Of a DNA stretch of 64,000 bases, positions 12,009 through 23,320 are shown piece by piece. The notes beneath the pieces were generated by a model. The model searched no databases. It was not told the origin of the DNA and was given only the letters and a program-made list of their open reading frames with translations. The stretch lies in the NCBI GenBank assembly GCA_004022145.1, contig RCNU01000004.1. One strand, written 5' to 3'. Position numbers and translations under genes: made by a program. Source of the DNA: Paecilomyces variotii. Taxonomy: Eukaryota. Positions within the stretch are counted from its first letter, which is position 1, and each line of letters begins with the position of its first letter.

Positions 12009-14305
12009 ATGGATCGAGAAGAGACCTTTGAGTCTCCGCGAAAGCGGTTGAAGACCGATGATGCTCCCCAAGGAGATGTTGCTGTTTCGGAGACGTCGAC
12101 TTCTCAGAAGCAGTTGGCCGAAACTCCAGCGGCGCCATCTCAAGATGCCCAGGCTTTGAAAGAAGCTGAAGTTGGGATTACTGAGTTTGTCAGCACTGGC
12201 ACTGAGGGCTTCTCAGGTATCTTGAAAAAAAGGTTAGTTCTCTCCGGCTGTGATCTCTGAGTGCGGGGTTGCTGACAGTCATTGTCTCTAGATACACGGA
12301 CTTTTTGGTCAATGAAATCCTTCCTTCCGGTGAAGTCTTACATCTCCGTGATCTCGTCGCTCCACCTTCTATGGTAAAGAAGGAAAGCAGGGAGGATACA
12401 ACAGATAATGGGGCTATTCCAACGGCGGCAGACTCCTCGTCGACTGCTCCCACCGCAGAAACCCCGCAGATCCAAGAAAAGCCTGCTGATGCTGGCAGCT
12501 CCGAGGGTGCCGAATTTCAGATTTCTGAAGAGGATAATGCCTTGTTAGTTTCGTTCTTTGGTGAGGATGTAACGCAAAAGATCCTGGACTTGAACAAGCG
12601 GGCGCTGTCCGATCTTAAAGCCCGGCCAAGCGATCTTGGAAAGGTGAAAAGTGGCACCATCGACGACCGTGATCTGCGCACAAAGATTCACCAAGCCATT
12701 AGGCGGATATTTGATTCTAAACTGGAGTCGACGACCGATTCCGATGGTTCAATGGCCATTTCGGCCGCTCCGAATCGTAACAAGCGCAACAGACAGGGCG
12801 GCCGTGGTGGCCGTGGCGGTGATGGGGGACAGGGACAAGGAAGGTTGTCCTGGGACGAATTGGGAGGACCTTACCTGCATTTCACTATCTACAAAGAAAA
12901 CAAGGATACGATGGAGGTGATATCCTTTCTTGCTCGCCAACTGAGGGCGAACCCCAAGAGCTTTCAGTTTGCTGGTACGAAGGACAGACGCGGAGTCACA
13001 GTCCAGAGAGCTTGTGTTTACCGAGTTTACGCTGAACGCTTGGTGGGAATAAGCAGGTCGCTTCGCAATGCATCGCTCGGAGACTACGAGTATCGCAAAC
13101 ACGGCCTGGAGTTAGGAGACCTTGTTGGAAACGAGTTTGTCATTACTCTCCGTGAATGCGAGTTCCCCGGTGTTGACCCCAAGAGTCCGGATGCCGTCGC
13201 GTCTGCGAGTCGAATAGTTGAGAAATCACTCAACGATTTGCGTAACCGGGGCTATTTCAATTACTTCGGCCTGCAGCGATTCGGTACTTTCTCAACCAGG
13301 ACCGACGCTGTGGGTGTCAAGATGTTGCAAGGAGATTTCAAGGGTGCCTGTGACGCAATCTTTCATTTTAGTCCCCATGTCTTGGCTGCAGCCCAGAATC
13401 CTGATGATTCTAGTCCCATTAGCAGCGATGACAAGGCTAGAGCGGAAGCCATACACATATTCCAGACTACTGGCCGGGTCAATGATGCTCTTGACAAGCT
13501 TCCCAGAAAGTTCTCTGCGGAGGCAAATCTTATCCGCCATCTGGGCCGCTCCAAGAACGACTACCTGGGAGCTCTTGGTACCATACCGAGAAACCTGCGC
13601 TTGATGTATGTACATGCATATCAGTCACTTGTTTGGAACTTTGCGGCTGGTGAGCGCTGGCGTCTCTATGGAGACAAGGTTGTGGAAGGAGACCTGGTGC
13701 TCGTCAACGAACACAAGGACAAGGTTCCTACTGAAGAGTCGGAAACAGTTGATGCTGACGGCGAAATCATCGTGGTCCCTCAGGGGGAGGATGCAGCAGC
13801 CACAGCGGATGATGTGTTCACCCGAGCTCGTGCATTGACGGCAGAGGAAGCTGCCAGTGGTAAATACACCCTATTCGATGTGGTACTCCCGCAGCCCGGT
13901 TTCGATATTATCTATCCAGCCAACGAAATGACAAACTTCTATAAGCGTTTTATGGCAAGTGAGCAAGGTGGCGGTCTCGATCCATTTGACATGCGGAGAA
14001 AATGGAAGGACGTCAGTCTTAGCGGAAGTTACCGCAAGCTTCTCAGCAGACCTGGACCCGATTATTCATTTGAAGTGAAATCTTACTCAAAGGAGGATCA
14101 ACAGTTCATCCAAACAGACCTTGAACGACTGAGGAACGCATCTGGAGAGACAGTTCCCGAGACTACTGTAGAGCCAGGGGATAAACTCGCTGTCATCTTG
14201 AAATTCCAACTTGGAGCCAGTCAGTACGCCACGATGGCCTTGAGGGAGCTGATGAAGACTGGAGGAGTCAAGACCTACAAGCCAGACTTTGGGGGCGGAC
14301 GATAA
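12009..14305 (+). CDS. PUS7: Pseudouridine synthase, TruD family; 2 exons
   Basis: Motifs GILKKRYTDFLVNEI (across the intron at ~12233-12290), YKENKDT, FAGTKDRRGVTVQR (catalytic Asp), GNEFVITLR, NYFGLQRFG, YVHAYQSLVWN and YATMALRELMK. Confidence 0.96.
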
Positions 14306-15116
14306 TCCAGGTGGGTATTACATGAGCATGCATATTCGCCAACGGGTGACAGAAGCCAGTGATGAAAAATTAAAAGAACCTACTTATCCTCGCGGTGAAC
14401 AAAATATCAAATCCGCAATAGAAAACCTGTAGGACCAGCCAGGGAATACGATGCCCTCTTGAAAAATCAGGGGAACAGTAGCAAGCGGGCATATCCCGTA
14501 AATCCCTTCTTACATTATCTACCCCAGACTAGCTGTCAACGATGCACGGCACTAACTTAGGGAAGATACCGCCCATATTATCTTTGGATACTGGCAGGTA
14601 TCTGGCAACCATGATCGACCTTTGATTCCGTACTACTGCTCATTCTGATGTTACTGCTACTGCCGTGCGCCACCAACACATTTAACTAGGCGGTGAATCT
14701 CCAAAACTGTCCTTGTTCGCTCTGAGTATTATAGGACCTAGACTGCTATTGTGGTTACAGGGTTGACCTCAGGACAATGCAAGATTTTGTCCCTTTGTAG
14801 TGAGAAGTCACTTTGAACATTCATTATTATGCCAGCTTCTGAGGTGACACATACTTTAGTCGATCGTTAAGGCGGAAATATACTGGAATCTTTGTACTCC
14901 TAAAGTGATTGTCTCTAATTGAAGGCATGTCCCTGAAATGACTGCTGCGAGACAATGCCAGAAGTATTTCACTGATCAACACTCTGGCTAGGTATTGTTA
15001 AACAGAATTTCCACCACTATCTTATCGTTATACATCGAGAGGAACGCTCCTTTCCCCCAACGCTACACTCTTTTAAACCATATAACTTGACTGCTGGACA
15101 GTCTTATTGAAACAGT

Positions 15117-16019
15117 ATGAGCATCGCTTCGAACAATATATCATTCTTCTTTCTCTTCGTTGCTGCTGTGCAGGCACACATGCAACTCTACTGGCCACCT
15201 CCGTTCGCTGCAGAGAACAACCCTCATCGCACTGACGCCGCTGACCCCTATCTTACCTATCCCTACAACTGCTGCGGAAAGACTACACCGTTTCCCTGCA
15301 AAGGATATCTTAAGCTGGTCGGAACCCCTCAAGGAGCACCAGTCGTGACTTGGACTACAGGCTCATCAGTGAATTTCAGCTTGACTGGACTTGGTAACCA
15401 CTACGGCGGTTCGTGTCAGGTTGGCTTCAGCGTCGACAACGGCACGACTTGGAAAGTTGCAAAAAGTTTCGAAGGAGATTGTCCTCATCGTAACGGTGGT
15501 GTCGATCCTGCTAAACAGACTTTCAACTTCACAGTCCCGGCTGACATGCCCACTGGGAACCACATCTTTGCCTGGACATGGTTCAATCGCGAACAGGAAT
15601 TCTCGATGCTCTGTTCTTCAGTGAATATTGTCGGCGGCTCGAAACATGTCACTCCTTTACTGGCTTCTCGGACGTCGACAGCGTCCCCAACGGCAACATC
15701 ATCAAGCTATGTTAATTATAACGGCTGTACATGCCAATGTCCAGCAGTATCTGGTCCTTTATCTATCAGAAACAATGACTATATCCATTCTTCTTCTAAG
15801 GAGCTAGAATGGAACAATAAATCGAACGCCAGTGCTTCGCCCGGTCACATCGCATTCCATGATCGGCCTAGTTTCTTGTTCGCGGATATCGATAATGGTT
15901 GCGAGACTCCCAAAACTACTGCTGAGGTGAAATACCCAAATCCTGGCCCTGATATTCAGCCCGGAGATGGTGTCTACCCTCTAGCACTTCCATCTCCTGG
16001 GCAAAAGTGCGGTTATTGA
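15117..16019 (+). CDS. Secreted lytic polysaccharide monooxygenase-like protein, AA11 family
   Basis: A 20-aa signal peptide ending VQA is followed by His1 (HMQLYWPPP). Further motifs are NHYGGSCQ (second brace His), FAWTWFNR and C-terminal NGC...YPNPGPD. Intronless. Confidence 0.8.
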   Translation: MSIASNNISFFFLFVAAVQAHMQLYWPPPFAAENNPHRTDAADPYLTYPYNCCGKTTPFPCKGYLKLVGTPQGAPVVTWTTGSSVNFSLTGLGNHYGGSCQVGFSVDNGTTWKVAKSFEGDCPHRNGGVDPAKQTFNFTVPADMPTGNHIFAWTWFNREQEFSMLCSSVNIVGGSKHVTPLLASRTSTASPTATSSSYVNYNGCTCQCPAVSGPLSIRNNDYIHSSSKELEWNNKSNASASPGHIAFHDRPSFLFADIDNGCETPKTTAEVKYPNPGPDIQPGDGVYPLALPSPGQKCGY

Positions 16020-16606
16020 GCTATACTCCCTAGCTTAGCCAGAGCTTCGAATTCAATAGAAAAGGGGGTCGACTCGACTGTATCATCACATTCATGTTCA
16101 GTTACTTCGAGAGATATTGGCAAAGAGCACGTAGATTGATACAAACGGACTAAAACCAAACTTTCCCTTATTTACTCCGATCAGATCTGCAAGTTGTTAA
16201 TATACATACAAATCTTCAAGTATTGATATTGTAGTAGTTTGCTTCAGGTACCAATAGAGCCCATTGCTCATGAGTACATCTTAGCTAGAACATACTACTC
16301 TTCAGGAAGGACTGCTTATAGTTGTATGCTTCTCGCACCACGTGACCGAAATCTCCCCGTTAGGTACTTATGTCGCCGTGGAGTCGCGCAAAGCAACCTC
16401 CTTTATAGACTGAACGTTTAACAAAACATACACAGCGACAATACGCCTGAGAAAACCTTCCTTTCAAGATCAAGATCCTTCTAGGATGCAAATTATTAGA
16501 GAAGTCAGACGCTCTAATATCTCTTTAATATTTAAAATAGAGATCAATAGGGAAAATATATCTAATGGAACTCGTAAGTACGGGATGCTTTGTGCCTAAC
16601 TACCGC

Positions 16607-17419
16607 TCATAATGCAGTATGCGCTTCACACAAAAATCCTTCCTTTTTGAGCCTATTATAGATCATGCCAAGAAGTAAGCTTCGGAACTCGCTTGAATCG
16701 CTCGAATAGGTGATCCTTGTTGGGAATGGGCGGCTCTGATCCTCATCCACGTCCTCAAAGTCAAATATATATATGCTGAACCAATCGAATAAGGCGATGT
16801 CCTTGCATTCCTCAGCGTAATTCTTGACTTGCCGGGATAATTTCAGCGCATTGTCTTCAAGAAGTGAACAATGCATTGTCCGTGACCCCTCCGCGATAAC
16901 CGCGGCAGCACCGGCCAGGCCGGTAATTATGGGTTTCCAATCATCAAGTCGCAGGACTTTAATGCTTTTATACTCAAGAACGGCCACGGCGGTTTCCTTT
17001 CCTCCTCTTCGGCAATACCACTTAAGATCCATGCGAGCCTTCCCCTTCTGCGAAACCACCTCGGACTGGCAACGAAGCATCACTCCTGCTGAGAGTATGC
17101 CAGATAGAATAACATTAACAGGGTGGATAAGCTGTAATGCTGAAACTCGCAGAACGTCACTCTCCGTGTGAAGATAATGACTCGTCTCATGCTGTGACAT
17201 CGGGCGTTGAAGGCGTTCGGGAATCGACGGCGTAGCCTGGAGGGCCTCTCTCGCGCTTTCCAAGAGAATAACGGGATCCTTCTCAGTGAGGACACGGATA
17301 GCATCCTTGATCTTCGTTGACGTCGCCTCCGATGTTATTTTATTGTAGTCTAGATCGTCGGAGTCAACGGGCGGCAGTGGCTTTGAGAAAGACTCGTAGA
17401 TAGTCATGACCCGCTCCAT
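16607..17419 (-). CDS. Hypothetical protein with PD-(D/E)xK (restriction-endonuclease-like) fold motifs
   Basis: 270-aa intronless ORF with HTESDV (helix Glu), ARMDLKW (Asp), VAVLEYK (ExK, codons 16967-16975) and a downstream RQVKNYA (QxxxY) motif. Confidence 0.65.
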   Translation of the reverse strand: MERVMTIYESFSKPLPPVDSDDLDYNKITSEATSTKIKDAIRVLTEKDPVILLESAREALQATPSIPERLQRPMSQHETSHYLHTESDVLRVSALQLIHPVNVILSGILSAGVMLRCQSEVVSQKGKARMDLKWYCRRGGKETAVAVLEYKSIKVLRLDDWKPIITGLAGAAAVIAEGSRTMHCSLLEDNALKLSRQVKNYAEECKDIALFDWFSIYIFDFEDVDEDQSRPFPTRITYSSDSSEFRSLLLGMIYNRLKKEGFLCEAHTAL

Positions 17420-17755
17420 GATCGATGTTGGACAAATTATATAGAGGACAGCAGCAAGGGGGGCTGGGGAGAGCAGGTTTGGAATTTATTCTGAAGACGT
17501 ATAGAGATCTTAGTTTGCGCTTAGGTAGCGGTTTGCAAGGCAGAATGGGAGCATGAGAATATGAGATAGGAGAGAATGCAGTTTTCGGGGGATGTTTATT
17601 CTCCTCTGCTGCATTCATGTTGTAGATAATGCCAAAGTTGGCTAACACAGAAAGAAAGACCGCAGACGGCAGGAATAACCTCGTTGCTAACGATAAGGCA
17701 GGAACTTGTGGCAAAACAGCGACCTATTTGGTTCTGGACAGTGAGTTTAACTAAT

Positions 17756-18826
17756 CTAATACAGACCCTCATCGTCCCGCTTCATGTTCCGTCTTTCGAA
17801 AATAAAATCTGAGAGCCACTGTGACTTCATATATGGTGTGACGGAGGATGCTGTATGCGCATATTCAGCCCGAAGCCAAGGCTGGTAATCCCAGTCAACC
17901 CAGTCGGAGAAGCTGTTTACCATCCTCCATACCTTATGCCAGCGAAGCAAAGGAGATATATAGGTCCCAGGTAATAGTTTCTGCTCTTCCTCAGGGATCC
18001 CAAGCCAGTGTCGAGATAATATATTAGTTCCAAAGTCCAAGAGGATGACCCTTTTGATTCTGTTTTCTTTGGAGTTAGGGTCCTGCTCCACCATCACATT
18101 TCTTGGGTGTAGGTCACTAAGCCGCACATCGCGGGTATAAATGGCGGACTCTCCATCGATAATTTGTTTGATAATTTGCTTCCGTTGCAGCTGAGAGAAA
18201 TCCCGTGGTCGAAGCTCGCGCATTGAAAACCCAGAAATGTACTCAATCATAATGAGCCGAACTGTACGTGTCTTAGAGGATGGCTCATCCACGGGAAGTT
18301 CAAGAGAGTACGAGCCATAGTAAGCTGGTATCACCGTGCCTTGGAGGTCAGAGAGCCTAGCATATGAGGCTGCTTCGCGCGAATAATGGCACTTAACACA
18401 GAGGAAAGGGTCCGTGTCATCATCGCTGTGGTCAAAATAGAGAGGATCATATAGCTTGGCAACTGCTGTAGTGACGCCCTGAAGGGTTTTGGGACAATCA
18501 GGGCTGGTATTAAGAATGTTAACAGCAACAATTTGGGCACTGTGGTCTTCTCCCGCCCGGATTTCATGGGATACCTCGAAAGTGACCATAGAGTCGCCGT
18601 CTGAGCCACCCACAGGAGGGTGCAAAATGCAACGCTGAAGTGGGGGAACCGTTCGACGTTCAATGTCCGCTTCCTTTGTTAGGCTACAGGACTCTGTGAT
18701 GGGCGCTGGGGCCGGTGGGTTCTGCGAGCGGACCGTAAAGCGATGGCCCTTGACATAGGGAACTGGAGGCGGTGGATTTGCCTCAAACGCAAAGTCTCCG
18801 TCTTGGATAGTATTTGAAATTAGCAT
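17756..18826 (-). CDS. Fungal atypical protein-kinase-like (PKL fold) protein
   Basis: 356-aa intronless ORF with VAKLYDPLY (subdomain II Lys), REAASYARL (helix C Glu), LQGTVIPAYYG, LIMIEYISG, SDLHPRN (catalytic loop) and LLDFG. Confidence 0.85.
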   Translation of the reverse strand: MLISNTIQDGDFAFEANPPPPVPYVKGHRFTVRSQNPPAPAPITESCSLTKEADIERRTVPPLQRCILHPPVGGSDGDSMVTFEVSHEIRAGEDHSAQIVAVNILNTSPDCPKTLQGVTTAVAKLYDPLYFDHSDDDTDPFLCVKCHYSREAASYARLSDLQGTVIPAYYGSYSLELPVDEPSSKTRTVRLIMIEYISGFSMRELRPRDFSQLQRKQIIKQIIDGESAIYTRDVRLSDLHPRNVMVEQDPNSKENRIKRVILLDFGTNILSRHWLGIPEEEQKLLPGTYISPLLRWHKVWRMVNSFSDWVDWDYQPWLRAEYAHTASSVTPYMKSQWLSDFIFERRNMKRDDEGLY

Positions 18827-19082
18827 TGTGGAATAGGCTGTTTTTAGTGATTCTTATTAGGATGCAACAGCAAAGTGGTAGATAGTGACGATTCAAGTAA
18901 GCCATCCCCTCAGCGGTTGGATTGGGACGTTCCTAATCGGGAGGTGCGGCTACTTAAGTACTAGAGCACGTGACCATATAGGTAAAGAAGCATAAATCTT
19001 AATTAAGGACTTGCCCTGACCATTATTTTTGAAGGCTTATTGTAATCCTAGAAAAACTATATATTGGTATCTGATTTCCCTT

Positions 19083-19241
19083 CAGATCTCTTTGAACAGG
19101 CTGCTTATAACAGGCGGCGACTCATCCTTTACCTACAAAAACCAGTCTTTTATGGCCTGCAGCCACAGCTCTTCATAGAAGGTGAGTGTGTCTCCTACAG
19201 TATTCCCGATCCGGAAAGAAGTTGATCTGAGTCCTTCCACT
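19083..19241 (+). repeat. Copy B of the ~160-bp inverted duplication (partner 10935-11095)
   Basis: The sequence cagatctctttgaacag...gagtccttccact matches the reverse complement of 10935-11095. It ends 12 bp from the stop codon of the adjacent Zn2Cys6 gene. Confidence 0.95.
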
Positions 19242-19253
19242 TGTATTCTGTGT

Positions 19254-21236
19254 CTAACTCCACTGGGGCCATGTACCATCACCCAGATCAAATAACTCCG
19301 ATCCTATCAGATCAGGGTAGATGAAGCCAACATTGGATGCTAAAGGCGAGGCTTCTAGACCCGATAGCGCAATATAGTCCGGTCCGGGATTATCTACAAA
19401 ATCATGACATACAGAACTGGTCTCTGAACGCAGCTTCTTAAACTGTGATAAAACAATATTTCCCAGCAAGTGAGCGGCATGACATGGCAAGCCAATTGAG
19501 CGAAGCCAAATAATGAGCTTCAAAACAAGACGATCTAGGCTATCGATATCGACATTCTCAACAAGAAGCTGCGCATCGTATTCGTGGACAAGACGGCACA
19601 ACGTGAGTGCGGAAAATGTGACAACATGGTAAATATGGTCTGTGAGGTGGCGGGTACGGTCATCTGTTGTGTCGATAGCCAGATTGATGATAGTGCTTGC
19701 GTGATCAATCATCCCTAAGATAACTGATGCATCCATTGAGGACCGATTATACCTGGCAGATTGGTAGTAGGCGAGAAGGTGTGCAAAGTGGAAGCCCATT
19801 TGGAGAAACTGAGAACGAGGCTCGTCTACAATCTTGTTAGTACTCAAAAACAAAGCATTCACCATAGACTTTGGAGAAATTCACCAAAGAGACTTGCCCA
19901 TTCCTTTCTCCAGTTTTTCAAAGCGAGCTCAGCTTCCGGGAGGTCCACTAGATGGCTTTGTGGACAACACTTCTTATATATGACCCAGTACAACTTAACT
20001 TCGGCCACCATTCTCGCTTCGTAGTTTGTGAGATTCCCATTTTCGAAAATGTATTGGCAGTGGTCAACATGCTGCTGATTGAGCATTGCTGGTCTGCGTG
20101 TACCAACACAGTATCTGTGGATTATAATGAGCATGCTTTATTCGAGAGGTGATAGAGGTGGGCCATACTGCAGATGAACAACACATAGATGATTCCAGAG
20201 GCACCATGCATCAACATTGGCGTTTTTTATATCCGAGATTGGGCTTGTTTTGGATATTTCTATGAAACAAGGACTCGCCAATCCCTGTTGAATCGCGTAG
20301 CCGCTCAAGAGCCAGCTATCAATGCTCAGAGGCAGCTGCCCAATGGTCGTAGACCAAAGACTCAAGATCAACGCAGCTTGAAAATATTCGATGGACTGTG
20401 GGACTTCTAGAAGAGCTCTTGAAATCAGACTTTTGGCTTCGCGAAATAAATGTGGTGCTAATTCATCCGCAAGAGCTTGTGTGGTATGCTGCACGGCGAT
20501 TAATAAGATGCTGCAAAGCAGCAGCGGCGACTTTCTCACTTGAGATAAAAGTACCTCTGCTGTTAAATTATCGGGGAATCTGACCCATCGACCGTAATGA
20601 ACTTGAAATCTAGTCACGTAAGCAAATATAAAGCCATGTTAGGATCCACACTCACAGCTTCAACAAGGAATGGGCGGTTGACAAGGTGACCAGTCCAGTT
20701 GAAATCACATCAGATAAAGAATCTAGCTGTGAGTCCGATTGCTCTGGGGATGCAACTCCAGCGTCAGTAGCAGCATCGCGAATTAGAATAACGGGTGCTG
20801 GATTAGGCTCAGATGGTGCCACCGGTTCTTCAGTTCGAGGCATAGTGGTGTAGGTCGAGGGACTTCCGCGGCCTTTGAACTGTGCGTCTAAACGATCTAC
20901 CAAAGCCTCAACTGTCCTTTCAAGCCTCTCAAGTCTATGATAACTGTGTTAATCTATGCTCATTAGGTTCCAAAGAAGATTTAGGACATACCTTGCATCT
21001 GTGGATGAGTTCTTATTAGGATTTGAATTACTGTGCATAGTGTCACGCTCATTTTGGCTCTCAGATAGAGACCGAGACGAGCCATGCTCAAGAAACTCTT
21101 CTAGAGAGCAAGGAAGCGATAAAGTATGACAGCGTAGACAAGTATTTCCAGCTCCAACCCCGGCGTAACAACGCGTTTTGTTCCTGCGGCAGAGGCCACA
21201 TGCTTTTGAAGCTCTTCCCGAGCGCAGAGGTGGCAT
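19254..21236 (-). CDS. Zn(II)2Cys6 fungal transcription factor with middle-homology region; ~5 exons
   Basis: ATG at 21236, then ACGLCRRNKTRC...CLRCHTLSLPC. GT-AG introns at about 20935-20991, 20613-20655, 20116-20167 and 19830-19884 join ORF pieces including SPLLLCSILLIA and WCLWNHLCVVHLQYCVGTRRP. Confidence 0.88.
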
Positions 21237-21632
21237 TATAACAAGATCCTGATCCAATTTGTATTTGGCGGCCCAATGACAACTTCATAACCGAATGTCT
21301 GCAGAGTGAATGGAAATGGTCATCTCATTGGCGATGGACCGTAGATAAGAAATGGCGCAATACTTGATCACGTGGTGCTCTGCGAACGAAGGTCAAGTAT
21401 GGAAATTCGAGCACTTGGTATGGAAAATTACTGAGTTTTTCTACTATCGAGTACTATTTATCTCTCCGTGGTAAGCTAAAGCATTGAGTAGCAATGCATT
21501 TCTTCAATGATTTCGTCTAGCAACAAATCAACATGAACCATTCTTATTACGAGTCATGAAGAATTACGATAAGCATTCACTCAAGTCTCAAGTTGATCTT
21601 TCGACTAGATTGTGAGTAGGTATCTATATCAA

Positions 21633-23284
21633 CTATACGCCAGAGCGCGCTTCACAATATTCAGAAGATCTATTCTTCGCCTCCACACCAGCGTCTCCAT
21701 CGTCGAACAAACGGTACAGCAATTTCCAGACCAGGATAACCACAGTGGCCGCAATAGCGCAAGAAGCAGCTACTGTCAAGCCGTACTTGTAACGAGGTGC
21801 ATCTGTAGATATTATTCGAATGCTCTTTTTTTTACTCGGAATCGATCTTACCTTGCGTGCGAAATAGTTGATTTCCGGGGAAATTCGCCAGTTGGATACA
21901 TATGACATACGCAGCCAAAGCAACTGGACGCTTGTAGTCTTGCATTTTGGAAGTAAGCCAGGCTGCGCTGATAGCCTGTGCACTTCCCATTCCCATTTGA
22001 GTCCAGACGACCCCACCTAAAGTGATCATCAGTATCTGATTTCCCTTTACTTTGTAAATAAACGAACCGTAGAGTACCCATTTCTCGACATTTTCTGGCG
22101 CTAGTGCAAGCCAGAGAAGACCAATGGCTCCCCACAAGTATCCAACAGCGATATGAAACCCACGCTCTTGGAGCCTGTCACTGCTAAATGCAAGAGACAC
22201 GGACCAGATCAATGCACATATGCTTCCCACGGAGTTAAGACCATTTGCCTGAAGGGAAGTAAATCCTAGGGACTTGATAATTGAAGGCGCATAGGTATTC
22301 ATCGGCGATATCATGACCATAGATAGTAATGCGGCCACAAGATGGCCATACAATCTCCAATCACTAAACGTATCCAAGATATGTGACGGTAAGACCGGCT
22401 TTCCGTATCTGAGTGCTTTCGTCGGATCATTATAGATTACCCGAGTAACGAGTATAGAAGCCTCCCGAGGGGTGAAAAGTGAACACGATTTGCCGAATAG
22501 AGATTTTGGTCGAGCCGCATTGTGGGGGAAATACAAGTAGGCGAAGATGCCCAAGACACAAGTCAAGACTCCCTCTACAAGTGATCAGAAGTGGACTGCA
22601 GTGCATTCAGGGACTCCGCATACCAATGAGAAAAAGCCATTGCCATCCACCCAATCCGCCTCTTCCACCAAATGCGAGTAGGCCAATCGATAAGGGGCCA
22701 CCTAGCGCCCCAGCAAAGCTATTTGCAGCCCAGAAAATAGCATACCGAAATGCAAGTTCTTGGTTTGTATAGAATTTCGAAATATAAAGAGCAAAGCCCG
22801 GGATGTATCCCCCTTCGAGTGCTCCAATAAAGAAACGTGTTGCGCAGAGGCCTTTTGCATTCTTCATGAAAGCTTGTGACCATGTCACAGTACCCCAGAG
22901 AAACATGGTGATAGGGAGAAATCGTTCGGGTCCAATATATTTGCTTATCATGTTGAAAGGCAGTTCTGTGATGATAAAACCAATAGTAAACAGCGTCTGT
23001 GCCAGGTTGACTTCTGTGTTTCCGACGTTGATGTCTCTCCGCAGGCTGTCAGTCAGGGCGTTGCCGATGTTTGAACGGTCAAACTGTAGAAAGCAGAAGC
23101 AAAGCACGATGGGGGGCAGAATGAGAAAATCGACCTTCAATAAGGCCTTCCGAACCTCTTCTGGTTCAAAGTGAAGACCAGCATCATAGCCAGGAACTTC
23201 AACGGTTTCGTCCAGAGTGGTCTCATCCTTGAGTTTGTCAGCCCCATGTCGACTGAGAGAGCCTTTTTCGGCTGTAGTATCCAT
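21633..23284 (-). CDS. MFS transporter, anion:cation symporter (allantoate permease) family, AstA/Soa1-like sulfate/sulfonate transporter subtype; 4 exons
   Basis: Motifs KVDFLILP..QFDRSNIGNALTD, ELPFNMISK, RFFIGALEGGYIPG, GWQWLFLIEG and QLFRTQ/DAPRY. Introns at ~22578-22624, ~22018-22068 and ~21804-21852. Confidence 0.88.
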
Positions 23285-23320
23285 GATAATGTCTCAAAAA
23301 TTGGAAAACAGCTCAAAGAT

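Noticed and set aside
17364..17714. 116-aa ORF between the kinase and nuclease genes (possible third component or fusion linker)
   Set aside because: Non-ATG start in the track, different frame from the nuclease, UTR-like composition, and no clear splice sites that would fuse the two genes.
10935..19241. Interpretation as a DNA transposon with 160-bp TIRs
   Set aside because: No transposase inside, no target-site duplication seen, the enclosed segment contains the core gene PUS7, and the repeat unit is a gene promoter/5'UTR.
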